Of a stretch of 27,754 bases of DNA, positions 9,780-19,060 are shown piece by piece; positions within the stretch are counted from its first letter, which is position 1; each line of letters opens with the position of its first letter. The notes beneath the pieces were generated by a model that searched no databases, had not been told where the DNA came from, and saw only the letters and a list, made by a program, of their open reading frames with translations. The DNA is from a candidate division FCPU426 bacterium (GTDB lineage Bacteria; Oederibacteriota; JAAXVQ01; JAUVAV01), in NCBI GenBank assembly GCA_030637655.1, contig DAOWGI010000117.1, positions 1 through 27,754 on the forward strand, read 5' to 3'. Both the position numbers and the translations under genes were made by a program.

Positions 9780-10973
9780 ATGAATAAATTAGTGGTGAAG
9801 GATTTGCAAGTCAAGGATCAACGGGTGTTGGTTCGGGTTGATTTTAATGTACCGATGGATAAAGAACAGAATATTACGGATGATACCAGAATCCAAAAGG
9901 CGCTGCCCACAATTTCTCATTTGAAAGCAGCCGGAGCTAAAGTAATATTGTGTTCGCATTTAGGACGTCCTAAAGGCGAGGCCGATGATCGTCGGAAATT
10001 TTCTTTAGCGCCAATAGCCAAACGTTTGGGTGAATTATTGAATTGTGAAGTGAAAATGGCAAGCGCTGTGATCGGACCGGAGGTGGAAACCTTGGTGCAG
10101 GGATTAGCTGCCGGTGAGATTGCCATGCTGGAAAATGTTCGCTTTGTTAAAGGTGAAACTAAAAATGATCCGGAATTTTCCAAACAACTGGCAGCCTTGG
10201 CGGATATGTATGTAAATGATGCTTTTGGCAGTGCGCATCGGGCTCATTGTTCTACTGAAGGTGTGGCGCATTTGGTAAAACAAGCGGCAGCCGGGTTTTT
10301 AATGGAAAAAGAATTAGAGTATTTAGGTCAGGTGGTCACTGCGCCTCAGTCTCCTTTTGTGGTTATTTTGGGCGGTGCGAAAGTATCCGGTAAGCTGGAA
10401 GTGATTAAAAATTTATTGCCCAAAGTTGATGTGCTTATTATTGGTGGAGGTATGGCCTATACCTTCTTGAAGGCCAAAGGAATATCAATCGGAATGTCCT
10501 TGTGTGAAGATGATTTGATCCCAACCGCGAAAGATATTTTAAAACAGGCCCTGGATCTTAATAAGCAGTTGTTATTACCTATTGATCATATTGTGGCAGA
10601 TGATTTTAAAGCGGATGCCAGGCAAAAACATGTTCCGCGCGGCACGATTGATGAAGGTTGGGAAGGGATGGACATTGGTCCGCATACGATAGAAAAATTT
10701 GCAGCGGCGATTAAAAACGCCAAAACCGTGGTTTGGAACGGTCCGATGGGTGTTTTTGAATTGGAACCCTTTGCCAAAGGAACCCAGGCTATTGCGAAGC
10801 TGCTAACTGAATCGAACGCGACCACCATTGTAGGCGGTGGAGATTCCGTGGCGGCTGTGTCACAGATGGGCTTGGCAGATAAAATGACACATGTTTCAAC
10901 CGGCGGAGGGGCGTCATTGGAATTTTTAGAGGGAAAGCAACTGCCGGGTATTGTGGCCTTAACGGATAAATAA
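9780..10973 (+). CDS. pgk: Phosphoglycerate kinase
   Basis: [37 protein letters not shown] and STGGGASLE motifs; GGAGG RBS before ATG 9780. Confidence 0.98.
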   Translation: MNKLVVKDLQVKDQRVLVRVDFNVPMDKEQNITDDTRIQKALPTISHLKAAGAKVILCSHLGRPKGEADDRRKFSLAPIAKRLGELLNCEVKMASAVIGPEVETLVQGLAAGEIAMLENVRFVKGETKNDPEFSKQLAALADMYVNDAFGSAHRAHCSTEGVAHLVKQAAAGFLMEKELEYLGQVVTAPQSPFVVILGGAKVSGKLEVIKNLLPKVDVLIIGGGMAYTFLKAKGISIGMSLCEDDLIPTAKDILKQALDLNKQLLLPIDHIVADDFKADARQKHVPRGTIDEGWEGMDIGPHTIEKFAAAIKNAKTVVWNGPMGVFELEPFAKGTQAIAKLLTESNATTIVGGGDSVAAVSQMGLADKMTHVSTGGGASLEFLEGKQLPGIVALTDK

Positions 10974-11009
10974 AATGCCCGCCAGGTAAGAATCGAAAGG
11001 AAAAAGAAA

Positions 11010-11765
11010 ATGCGAACACCAATCATTGCTGGAAACTGGAAATTGAATAAAAATCGTGCCGAAGCACAGGTACTAGCTCAAGCTATAGTTGCGGAGACTC
11101 AATCAGTCAAAGATGTTGAAGTCGTGCTTTGTCCGGTGTATACAGCTCTGGAAACCGTTGCCACTGTCATACGCAATTCTAATATCAAATTGGGAGCGCA
11201 AGATATGTTTTGGGAAGCATCCGGTGCATTTACCGGTGAAGTCTCATCGGACTTGTTAAAAGATGTTGGTTGTCAATATGTGATCATCGGCCATTCGGAA
11301 CGGCGGCAGTATTTTTTCGAGACTAATGAGACAGTTAATAAGAAAGTAAAAGCTGCCTTGACTGCCGGTCTTACCCCGATTGTGTGCGTGGGTGAAACCT
11401 TGCCGGAACGGGAAGCCGGACAAGTGGAAGCTGTGGTAGGCAATCATGTGAAAAATGGTTTGGCCGGCTTAAGTTCAGAAGAGATTAGGAAAATAGTGGT
11501 TGCCTATGAACCGGTCTGGGCCATAGGTACCGGAAAAACAGCTACCCCGGAGCAGGCTCAGGACGTGCATCAATACATCCGGAAATTATTGCTTGAATTG
11601 GCCGGTGAGGAAGTTGGTAATTCAGTTCGAATTCAATACGGTGGCAGTGTGAAACCGGACAATGTTAAAGAGTTGATGGCTAAACCGGATATTGATGGTG
11701 CGTTGGTTGGCGGAGCGAGTTTGAAGCCGGATTCATTTGTTTCACTGGTGAAATTTAATTCATAA
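11010..11765 (+). CDS. tpiA: Triosephosphate isomerase
   Basis: AGNWK, IGHSERR, AYEPVWAIGTG, YGGSVK and GALVGGASL motifs. Confidence 0.98.
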   Translation: MRTPIIAGNWKLNKNRAEAQVLAQAIVAETQSVKDVEVVLCPVYTALETVATVIRNSNIKLGAQDMFWEASGAFTGEVSSDLLKDVGCQYVIIGHSERRQYFFETNETVNKKVKAALTAGLTPIVCVGETLPEREAGQVEAVVGNHVKNGLAGLSSEEIRKIVVAYEPVWAIGTGKTATPEQAQDVHQYIRKLLLELAGEEVGNSVRIQYGGSVKPDNVKELMAKPDIDGALVGGASLKPDSFVSLVKFNS

Positions 11766-11770
11766 TATTT

Positions 11771-11827
11771 GTAGGGGCACGACATCCGACTCGCTAAAGT
11801 GATGTCGGACAAGCATAGTGCCCCTAC
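11771..11827. repeat. GTAG-REP palindrome with a 29-nt central hairpin insertion
   Basis: GTAGGGGCACGACA[TCCGACTCGCTAAAGTGATGTCGGACAAG]CATAGTGCCCCTAC; 10-bp perfect outer arms. Confidence 0.85.
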
Positions 11828-11857
11828 GTTTTTTTTGAAATTAAGGAGGGATTTATA

Positions 11858-12235
11858 ATGTTAATAAAATTGTTTTGGATATTCCACATTGTGAATTGTA
11901 TAGTGCTCATCATCGTGGTTTTACTCCAGGCCGGAAAAGGATCAACCATGGGCTTGTCCTTAGGCGGCGGCGCTTCTCAGACAGTATTTGGTTCCACCGG
12001 GGGGAAAAATTTCTTTGCTCGTTTAACCACAGGTTTGGCGATTTTTTTTATGGTGACATCCATTGTTCTGTCAATTATGTCGTCACGTAGTTCACAGAGC
12101 TATCGCGGGGTGATGAATAAATTGCCAACCGTGCCGGAGCAGCCGGCGCCGGTAAAGCCCTTGACGGAATCTGCCGCGCCTGAACAAATTGAAGCGCCGG
12201 CAGTTCCGCAACCTGTGAAAAACGATAAAAAATAA
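11858..12235 (+). CDS. secG: Preprotein translocase subunit SecG
   Basis: VLLQAGKG...GGGASQTVFGS.G...F..RLT; two TM helices; canonical position after tpiA. Confidence 0.95.
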   Translation: MLIKLFWIFHIVNCIVLIIVVLLQAGKGSTMGLSLGGGASQTVFGSTGGKNFFARLTTGLAIFFMVTSIVLSIMSSRSSQSYRGVMNKLPTVPEQPAPVKPLTESAAPEQIEAPAVPQPVKNDKK

Positions 12236-12272
12236 AGTTATGGTAGAACAGGTGGATAGGAATGTGGAAGTG

Positions 12273-12318
12273 TTAAAAAGGCTTTTTAATTGACAAGTAA
12301 TATATCGCTGGATATAAT
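12273..12318 (+). promoter_or_regulatory. Consensus sigma70 promoter for rpmF-plsX-fab with an abutting upstream palindrome
   Basis: TTGACA (12290-12295), 17-nt spacer, TATAAT (12313-12318); TTAAAAAG-G-CTTTTTAA at 12273-12289. Confidence 0.85.
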
Positions 12319-12391
12319 TCAGCATTTTAAAAATAAATGCTTAGAACCGTGTTTTGGTTCTAGGGCAAGCGTTTGAGAGGAAGGAACAGGC

Positions 12392-12574
12392 ATGGCTAAT
12401 CCGAAAAGAAAATTTTCGAAACAAAGGACCCACAAACGGCGTTCCAGCTGGAAATTGTCTCCAGTAAGTATGTCAGTTTGTCCACAGTGTCAACAGCCAA
12501 AGCAGCCGCATCGTCTTTGTCCGAATTGTGGATATTATCGCGGCAAAGAAGTCATCACTCCGGACAAAGAATAA
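12392..12574 (+). CDS. rpmF: 50S ribosomal protein L32 (Zn-binding form)
   Basis: MANPKRKFSKQRT.KRR, CPQC..PHRLCPNCGYYRG. Confidence 0.97.
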   Translation: MANPKRKFSKQRTHKRRSSWKLSPVSMSVCPQCQQPKQPHRLCPNCGYYRGKEVITPDKE

Positions 12575-12593
12575 CTGGAAAGGCGGTCTTGAA

Positions 12594-13619
12594 TTGCGAG
12601 TAGCACTGGATTGTATGGGTGGAGATAGAGGTCCGTTGAACAATGTCAGTGGAGCTGTGGATGCCACTCAAGAAAAACAGGATTTAACGGTTCTCTTGGT
12701 TGGTGATCGTAATATTATTCAAGCGGCGTTGAAGAAAAACAAACAAAAATATGATGATAAACGCTTGGAGATACACCACGCCTCTGAAAAAATTTTAATG
12801 GATGATCCGCCGGCCATGGTTGTTCGGCAAAAAAAGAATTCATCCATGCATCTATCCAACCGACTGGTAAAATCCGGAGAGGCGGAAGCCGTGTTTACAG
12901 CCGGGAATACCGGCGCTGCCATGGGTGTTTCATTGCTCACGCTGGGCAGAATACCGGGTATTATTCGGCCGGCGTTGATGATTAATTTTCCATCCTTAAA
13001 CCGGCACGGTTGGACCACCATTCTTGATGTCGGAGCTAATGTGGATTGCAAACCCAAAATGCTGGCCCAGTTTGCTGTGATGGGCGATTTGTATACCAGG
13101 AATGTTCTGGATGTTAAGAAACCTCGGGTTGGATTGCTCTCATTAGGGGAAGAGGAATCCAAAGGAAATGAACAGGTTCGTGAGAGTCAGGAGATTTTTA
13201 AAAAATTTAAGACCTTGTGTTTCTTGGGCAATGTAGAAGGCCAGGATATTGTGAATGGCAAAGTAGATGTGATTGTGTGTGACGGTTTTGTCGGAAATGT
13301 TATTCTGAAATTCGGAGAAGGCACAGTCCGGCTTTTTGCTGATATTCTGAAGAAAGAGGTTTTAGCCGGCAGCTGGCTAAATAAAGTGGTCATCGGGATC
13401 TTAGCGCCGACAATCCGCCGTATGTATCGTCAAATGGATTATCAGAAATACGGCGGCGCGCCTCTTTTGGGTATTAAAGGTATTTCCACGATTGGGCATG
13501 GTAAATCCAGCAGTAAAGCGGTAAAAAGCGGACTGCTGCAGTCGGCCATCTTTATTGAAAAACATATTAATGATCAAATAGAGGCTTCGTTAAAAGAAAA
13601 TGGAGTGGCCGAAGGATGA
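12594..13619 (+). CDS. plsX: Phosphate acyltransferase PlsX (probable TTG start at 12594)
   Basis: ALDCMGGD, AGNTGA, RPAL, LDVGAN, GNVEG, CDGFVGN and YGGAPLLG motifs. Confidence 0.96.
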   Translation: MRVALDCMGGDRGPLNNVSGAVDATQEKQDLTVLLVGDRNIIQAALKKNKQKYDDKRLEIHHASEKILMDDPPAMVVRQKKNSSMHLSNRLVKSGEAEAVFTAGNTGAAMGVSLLTLGRIPGIIRPALMINFPSLNRHGWTTILDVGANVDCKPKMLAQFAVMGDLYTRNVLDVKKPRVGLLSLGEEESKGNEQVRESQEIFKKFKTLCFLGNVEGQDIVNGKVDVIVCDGFVGNVILKFGEGTVRLFADILKKEVLAGSWLNKVVIGILAPTIRRMYRQMDYQKYGGAPLLGIKGISTIGHGKSSSKAVKSGLLQSAIFIEKHINDQIEASLKENGVAEG

Positions 13620-14605
13620 ATTCAATTACCAAAGTAGGTATTGCCGGTATGGGTTTTTATGTGCCGGAAACAATCGTTGCCAACACGGATCTGGAAGCCA
13701 GAATGGATACCACGGATGAGTGGATTCGTACCCGGACCGGGATATTAGAGCGTCGTGTGGCAGCCGACACAGAGGCAACTTCCGATTTAGGTGTCAAAGC
13801 GGCAAACCGCGCTCTGGCTGATGCTGATATTGATCCTGAATCCATTGATTTGATTGTCTGCGCGACCTCATCTCCGGATATGGCTTTTCCCGCCACCGCC
13901 TGTTTAATTCAAGATCGTATTGGGGCGAAAAATGCAGGAGCCTTTGATTTGAGCGCTGTGTGCTCCGGCTTTTTGTTTGCATTTGTTACCGGCGCGAATA
14001 TGATATCATCCGGTCAAGCCAGACGGGTCTTAGTGGTGGCCGCAGAGAAATTCACGAGTCTACTGGATTGTGAAGACCGTTCGACCTATGTGCTGATGGG
14101 TGATGGCGCGGGAGCAGTGGTCTTAACCGCAGAAGCAGAGCAGGGGAAAATCATCTCTACTTGTTTGGGTACGGACAGTTCGGGGATTGAATATTTACTC
14201 ATACCTGCCGGTGGTTCGGCTATGCCAACTTCGCATGAAACCATCAATCAACGTCAACATTATATGAAGATGAACGGACCAGAGATTTATAAATTCGGGA
14301 TACGCAGCATTGGGGAAAGTATTTCTGAAGTCTTGACCCGCGCCGGACTGGATGAATCACAATTGGATCTGATTATTCCGCATCAGGCCAATATTCGTAT
14401 TATCGAATCCGCTTCCAAGCGTTTTAATTTACCCCTGGAAAATTTTTTTATAAATATTGATAAGTACAGTAATACCTCGGCCGCTTCGGTACCCATTGCT
14501 TTGGTAGAAGCCAAACAAAACGGCCGCTTACATCCAGGGATGCATATTGCCTTGGTGACTTTCGGGGCCGGGCTGACCTGGGGCGCCGCGATATTAAAGT
14601 GGTAA
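13616..14605 (+). CDS. fabH: 3-oxoacyl-ACP synthase III
   Basis: DTTDEWI..RTGI, AVCSGF (Cys), GDGAGA, PHQAN (His), NTSAAS (Asn) and FGAGLTWG motifs. Confidence 0.97.
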   Translation: MNSITKVGIAGMGFYVPETIVANTDLEARMDTTDEWIRTRTGILERRVAADTEATSDLGVKAANRALADADIDPESIDLIVCATSSPDMAFPATACLIQDRIGAKNAGAFDLSAVCSGFLFAFVTGANMISSGQARRVLVVAAEKFTSLLDCEDRSTYVLMGDGAGAVVLTAEAEQGKIISTCLGTDSSGIEYLLIPAGGSAMPTSHETINQRQHYMKMNGPEIYKFGIRSIGESISEVLTRAGLDESQLDLIIPHQANIRIIESASKRFNLPLENFFINIDKYSNTSAASVPIALVEAKQNGRLHPGMHIALVTFGAGLTWGAAILKW

Positions 14606-14640
14606 AAAAGATTGCCGTTGAGGGCATACGAAAAAAACAT

Positions 14641-14665
14641 GTTGGGGCACACTGAGTGCGCCCGT
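14641..14665 (+). repeat. Degenerate REP (CACTGAGTG subfamily)
   Basis: GTTGGGGCACACTGAGTGCGCCCGT; near copies at 20267 and 21161. Confidence 0.7.
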
Positions 14666-14678
14666 GAGGAATAAAAAA

Positions 14679-15632
14679 ATGTCAAAAATAGGTCTGATAT
14701 TCCCGGGGCAGGGATCACAATGTGTGGGTATGGGCAAGGAGCTTATAGCAGCCAGTTCGGCGGCCAAAGCGATTTATGCTAAAGCTGATGCTGTGTTGGG
14801 TTTTTCACTGACCCAGGTCATGTTGGCAGGTCCGGAAGAAGAACTAAAACAGACGGAAATTGCCCAACCGGCTATTTTGACGGCTTCGGTAGCTGCTTTG
14901 CGGGCGTTGCAAGAGAAATGGCAAATTAATGCCGGCCAAGTAATATGTGCCGGACATTCTTTGGGAGAGTATTCGGCCTTATGCGCTGCCGGGGCACTTG
15001 ATTTTGAATCGGCTCTGCGATTGGTTCGTAAACGCGGACAGTTGATGCAGGAGGCTGCCAAAGCCTCCACCGGAAGTATGGCTGCAGTGATTGGTAAAAG
15101 CGAGGCCGAAGTACAGGAACTTTGTCAGTTGGTTCATTCCGCCGGCCAAGTGCAAATTGCCAACTTGAATTGTCCCGGTCAAATTGTGGTCTCGGGTTCG
15201 CGCCAGGCACTGGAAGCATTGGATAACTATGCGCAAGAACAGAAAATACGAGTTATTCCGCTTACGGTTTCCGGTCCGTTTCATTCGCGTTTTATGCAGC
15301 CGGCAGCTGATCAATTGGCGCAGGATTTGAAAACCGCCCCCTTTAAAAATGCGGAATTTCCGGTGATTGCCAATGTGACCGCAGAAGTGGTTATTGCTGC
15401 TCAGGAAATCCGTGCGCGTTTGCTGGAACAGGTAACCGGTTCTGTGCGTTGGGAACAGTCTATGCAAAAAATGCAAGCCTTAGGTGTTAAGCAGATGATC
15501 GAGATTGGGCCCGGCAAAGTGTTGCGCGGTTTGATGAAAAAAATAAATAAAGAAGTCAAGGTTTGGAGTGCGTTTGCGCCGGAGGAAATTACTGTGGTTG
15601 TCAATGAACTAACCGGAGTACAAATCGCTTAA
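14679..15632 (+). CDS. fabD: Malonyl-CoA:ACP transacylase
   Basis: FPGQGSQ, QPAI, GHSLGEYSAL, AN.NCPGQ.V.SG, SGPFHS and EIGPG motifs. Confidence 0.97.
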   Translation: MSKIGLIFPGQGSQCVGMGKELIAASSAAKAIYAKADAVLGFSLTQVMLAGPEEELKQTEIAQPAILTASVAALRALQEKWQINAGQVICAGHSLGEYSALCAAGALDFESALRLVRKRGQLMQEAAKASTGSMAAVIGKSEAEVQELCQLVHSAGQVQIANLNCPGQIVVSGSRQALEALDNYAQEQKIRVIPLTVSGPFHSRFMQPAADQLAQDLKTAPFKNAEFPVIANVTAEVVIAAQEIRARLLEQVTGSVRWEQSMQKMQALGVKQMIEIGPGKVLRGLMKKINKEVKVWSAFAPEEITVVVNELTGVQIA

Positions 15633-15648
15633 GGTATGAAAGACGGGC

Positions 15649-15753
15649 ACATGGAGACACAGAGCGCACAGAGAAAAAAGGTAAAAAAAACATAAAATAA
15701 ATTTATATGTTTTAAAATTAAATTTTACTCTGCGACCTCTGCGTCTCTGCGGT
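15649..15753. repeat. Long imperfect hairpin with three RCAGAG-type sub-repeats per arm
   Basis: ACATGGAGACACAGAGCGCACAGAG ... CTCTGCGACCTCTGCGTCTCTGCGGT; AT-rich loop with its own AAAACATA/TATGTTTT stem. Confidence 0.7.
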
Positions 15754-15782
15754 AAAAGTGATTTTTTTAAGGGGGAAATATT

Positions 15783-16529
15783 ATGGATTTAAAAGAAAAA
15801 GTGGCGTTGGTCACAGGAGGCGCACAAGGAATTGGTGAAGCGATTGCCCGTGAATTGGCAAACCAGGGCGCAGATCTGGCAGTGGCGGATGTCAATCTGG
15901 AAAAAGTGGAAGCCACAGCTAAAATGCTGGCAGCAGAAACCGGGAAACAGGTTTTGCCTCTAAAAATGGATGTTTCCAATTTTGCGGAAGTTGAGGAAGG
16001 AATTAAAAAAATCATTGACAAATACAGCCACCTCGATATATTGGTCAATAACGCCGGTGTAACCCGTGATGGGCTACTCATGCGGATGAGCGAGCAGGAC
16101 TGGGATCTGGTCCTGACCATAAATCTCAAAGGGACCTTTAATTGTATTAAAGCCGTGACCCGTTCGATGATGAAACAGCGTAAAGGGCGGATTGTAAACA
16201 TTGCCTCAGTGGTTGGTTTGACGGGTAATGCCGGACAAGCTAATTATTCGGCCAGCAAAGCAGGGGTGATTGGTCTGACCAAAACCGCGGCCAAGGAATT
16301 GGCAGCCAGAAATATAACGGTTAACGCCATTGCGCCTGGTTTTATAAAAACCAAGATGACCGAGGCACTGTCCGATGAGGTGAAGGACAATTTGAAGAAG
16401 CTGATCCCACTGGGTTCTTTGGGTGAAGCCGAAGATGTAGCCCGTGCGGTTGCTTTCCTGGCTTCGGATGAAGCCGCTTATATCACCGGCCAAGTTTTAG
16501 CGGTTGACGGTGGCATGGTAATGCATTAA
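15783..16529 (+). CDS. fabG: 3-oxoacyl-ACP reductase
   Basis: TGGAQGIG, NNAGVTRD, NIASVVG, GQANYSASK and VNAIAPGFI motifs. Confidence 0.97.
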   Translation: MDLKEKVALVTGGAQGIGEAIARELANQGADLAVADVNLEKVEATAKMLAAETGKQVLPLKMDVSNFAEVEEGIKKIIDKYSHLDILVNNAGVTRDGLLMRMSEQDWDLVLTINLKGTFNCIKAVTRSMMKQRKGRIVNIASVVGLTGNAGQANYSASKAGVIGLTKTAAKELAARNITVNAIAPGFIKTKMTEALSDEVKDNLKKLIPLGSLGEAEDVARAVAFLASDEAAYITGQVLAVDGGMVMH

Positions 16530-16650
16530 AATCCCACACTGAGGTTAGGGGTTGAAATGGCTTAGGATAGACCCATCAGTAGGAAGCAGAGTGCTGATGA
16601 TTATCAAAAAAATTATCAAATACAAAAATAAATAAGGAGGTTATACGAGC

Positions 16651-16893
16651 GTGTCATTAGAAGCGAAAGTAAAGGAAATCATTGTTGATCAATTAGGTGT
16701 TAATGCGGATGAAGTGACCAATGAGGCTTCGTTTATCGAAGATTTGGGTGCTGATTCTCTGGATACGGTTGAATTGGTAATGGCTTTAGAAGAAGAATTC
16801 AACATGGAAATTCCTGACGAAGAAGCGGAAAAGATCAAAACTGTGAGCGATGCGGTTGAATTCATCAAGTCACACGCGAATGTTGCCCAATAA
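16651..16893 (+). CDS. acpP: Acyl carrier protein (GTG start)
   Basis: [31 protein letters not shown]. Confidence 0.98.
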   Translation: MSLEAKVKEIIVDQLGVNADEVTNEASFIEDLGADSLDTVELVMALEEEFNMEIPDEEAEKIKTVSDAVEFIKSHANVAQ

Positions 16894-16953
16894 TTATCGG
16901 GTTGGAGCAGATTGATTTCACGGAATGAAACGGAGTAGTTCCTGAGAACTGCC

Positions 16954-16993
16954 AAGTTCCCCCGTCTGTGTATTTGTGGACGGGGGAACTTTT
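16954..16993 (+). terminator. Intrinsic terminator after acpP
   Basis: AAGTTCCCCCGTC/GACGGGGGAACTT 13-bp stem followed by T-rich sequence. Confidence 0.8.
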
Positions 16994-17028
16994 ACGTTTT
17001 GTGATCGTGTCTGAATTCAGGAGGAATT

Positions 17029-18270
17029 ATGACAAAGAGGGTCGTCGTGACCGGCCTGGGAGTGGTTACCCCGTTGGGAAATAATGTTGCAACCTATTGG
17101 AAAAATTTGTTGGCCGGAAAATCCGGAGTTGGGCCGATTACGCATTTTGATGCTTCGCAGTTTGATTCACGCATTGCCGGTGAAGTAAGGGATTTTGATC
17201 CGTCCCCGGTTGTGGATAAAAAAGAGCTGCGCCGGCTTGATTTGTTTGTTCAGTATGCTTTGGTTGCCGGTCAGGAAGCCATAGAGCAGGCCAAGCTGGA
17301 TTTAGACAAAGTGGAAAAATATCGTGTCGGCGTTATCATTGGATGCGGTATTGGTGGTATTGGTGTGGCAGAGACACAAAAAGAAATATTATTATCCAAA
17401 GGACCGAGTCGCGTTTCACCCTTTCTCGTGCCCATGATGATTCCGAACATGGCTCCAGGAATGATGGCCATTAAATACGGTTTTCGCGGACCGAACATTT
17501 CGGTGGTGACTGCCTGTGCCTCCGCCAACAATGCGTTTGCCGATGCGACACGTATTATTCAACGAGGCGACGCGGATTTGATCATTGCCGGAGGCTCGGA
17601 ATCTGCGGTATGCCCTCTGGCAGTGTCCGGATTCTGCTCTGCGCGCGCGCTTTCAACCAGAAATGATGAACCGGAAAGAGCCAGTCGTCCCTTTGATAAG
17701 GATCGTGATGGTTTTGTGATTGCCGAAGGTTGCGGTCTGGCTGTTTTGGAATCCTGGGAGCATGCGCAAGCACGCGGCGCTGTCATTTTGGCAGAGGTGG
17801 GTGGTTACGGTATGACGGATGATGCCTATCATATGACTGCACCATTACCTGATGGCGCCGGTGGCGCCAAAGCCATGGAATTGGCGATTAAGGATGCCGG
17901 TTTAAACCCGGAAGATATTGATTACATCAATGCTCATGGTACTTCCACCGGACAAGGCGACATTGGGGAAACGCTGGCCATTAACAAACTATTTGGCGGG
18001 CACGCGAAAAAACTGGCAGTCTCTTCCACCAAGTCCATGATCGGTCATACCTTGGGAGCGGCCGGCGGGGTTGAATTTGTGGCCGTGGTGAAATCTATTA
18101 TGGATCAAACCTTGCATCAGACCATTAATTTGGAAAATCAGGATCCGCAGTGTGATCTGGATTATATATCCGAAGGACCACGCAAGACAACTGTCAATAA
18201 CGTAATAAGCAATTCCTTCGGTTTTGGGGGACACAACGTTTCGGTACTGGTAAAACGGTTCGTAGAATAA
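17029..18270 (+). CDS. fabF: 3-oxoacyl-ACP synthase II
   Basis: RVVVTGLG, TACAS (Cys), SRPFDKDRDGFV, INAHGTST, KSMIGH and NSFGFGGHN motifs. Confidence 0.98.
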   Translation: MTKRVVVTGLGVVTPLGNNVATYWKNLLAGKSGVGPITHFDASQFDSRIAGEVRDFDPSPVVDKKELRRLDLFVQYALVAGQEAIEQAKLDLDKVEKYRVGVIIGCGIGGIGVAETQKEILLSKGPSRVSPFLVPMMIPNMAPGMMAIKYGFRGPNISVVTACASANNAFADATRIIQRGDADLIIAGGSESAVCPLAVSGFCSARALSTRNDEPERASRPFDKDRDGFVIAEGCGLAVLESWEHAQARGAVILAEVGGYGMTDDAYHMTAPLPDGAGGAKAMELAIKDAGLNPEDIDYINAHGTSTGQGDIGETLAINKLFGGHAKKLAVSSTKSMIGHTLGAAGGVEFVAVVKSIMDQTLHQTINLENQDPQCDLDYISEGPRKTTVNNVISNSFGFGGHNVSVLVKRFVE

Positions 18271-18321
18271 TGTTGGTTGCCTTTCGGACGTTTATCAGTA
18301 TCTCTCGTGCGGACGTATAGA

Positions 18322-19044
18322 ATGAGCATAATTCAACAAGAACAGGTTCTGGCCCGGATTATACAAATGATCAAAGCCAAACCCGCGACTAAAAAACAGC
18401 TGCAGGTTGCCTGTATGCATCGGTCCTGGATTAATGAGACGTCTGATCCTTCCGTGGAAAAATATCATGATGCAAACGAACGACTGGAATTCCTGGGCGA
18501 TTCGGTGTTGGGATTGATCATTGCGACGGAACTATACCATCGTTTGCCAAAACAGGATGAGGGGCGTTTGTCCAAAGCCAAAGCCCGGTTGGTCTCAGCC
18601 ACAGCCTTGGCCCATTATGCCCGTGAATTGGATTTGGGGGCAGCCATACTTTTGGGGCATGGGGAAGAAAGCAGCGGCGGTCGGCGGCGCGTTTCCTTAC
18701 TGGCCAATGTTTTGGAAGCGATTATTGGCGCTCTGTTTTTAACTGAGGGCTATAAAAAAACCGAAGCGTTTATATTGAAACTCTGGCAGCAGGAAATCGC
18801 GGCTGAAGTGGAAGGATCTACAACTGAAGATTATAAATCCCTTTTACAAGAGTATTGGCAGAAAGAAAAAGGGATTCTGCCGGACTATACGGTTGAAAAA
18901 ACAACCGGTCCGGATCATTGCCGGAACTATGAAATCTCGGTAGCTATTGCCGGCCGGATATGTGGTCATGGCACTGGTTCGAGTAAAAAGCAGGCGGAGC
19001 AAATGGCAGCCGGCCAGGCGTATAAAACATTAAACCAGAAATAG
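18322..19044 (+). CDS. rnc: Ribonuclease III (start uncertain: 18277 or 18322)
   Basis: HRS, NERLEFLGDSVL, ANVLEAIIGA; dsRBD DYKSLLQE...GPDH...G.SKKQAEQ.AA. Confidence 0.96.
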   Translation: MSIIQQEQVLARIIQMIKAKPATKKQLQVACMHRSWINETSDPSVEKYHDANERLEFLGDSVLGLIIATELYHRLPKQDEGRLSKAKARLVSATALAHYARELDLGAAILLGHGEESSGGRRRVSLLANVLEAIIGALFLTEGYKKTEAFILKLWQQEIAAEVEGSTTEDYKSLLQEYWQKEKGILPDYTVEKTTGPDHCRNYEISVAIAGRICGHGTGSSKKQAEQMAAGQAYKTLNQK

Positions 19045-19060
19045 AAAAATGGGAGGACGC

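Noticed and set aside
16530-16650. ncRNA or operator upstream of acpP (CATCAGTA/TGCTGATG stem, ATTATCAAA twice)
   Set aside because: Short, AT-rich and compatible with chance; no known family recognised.
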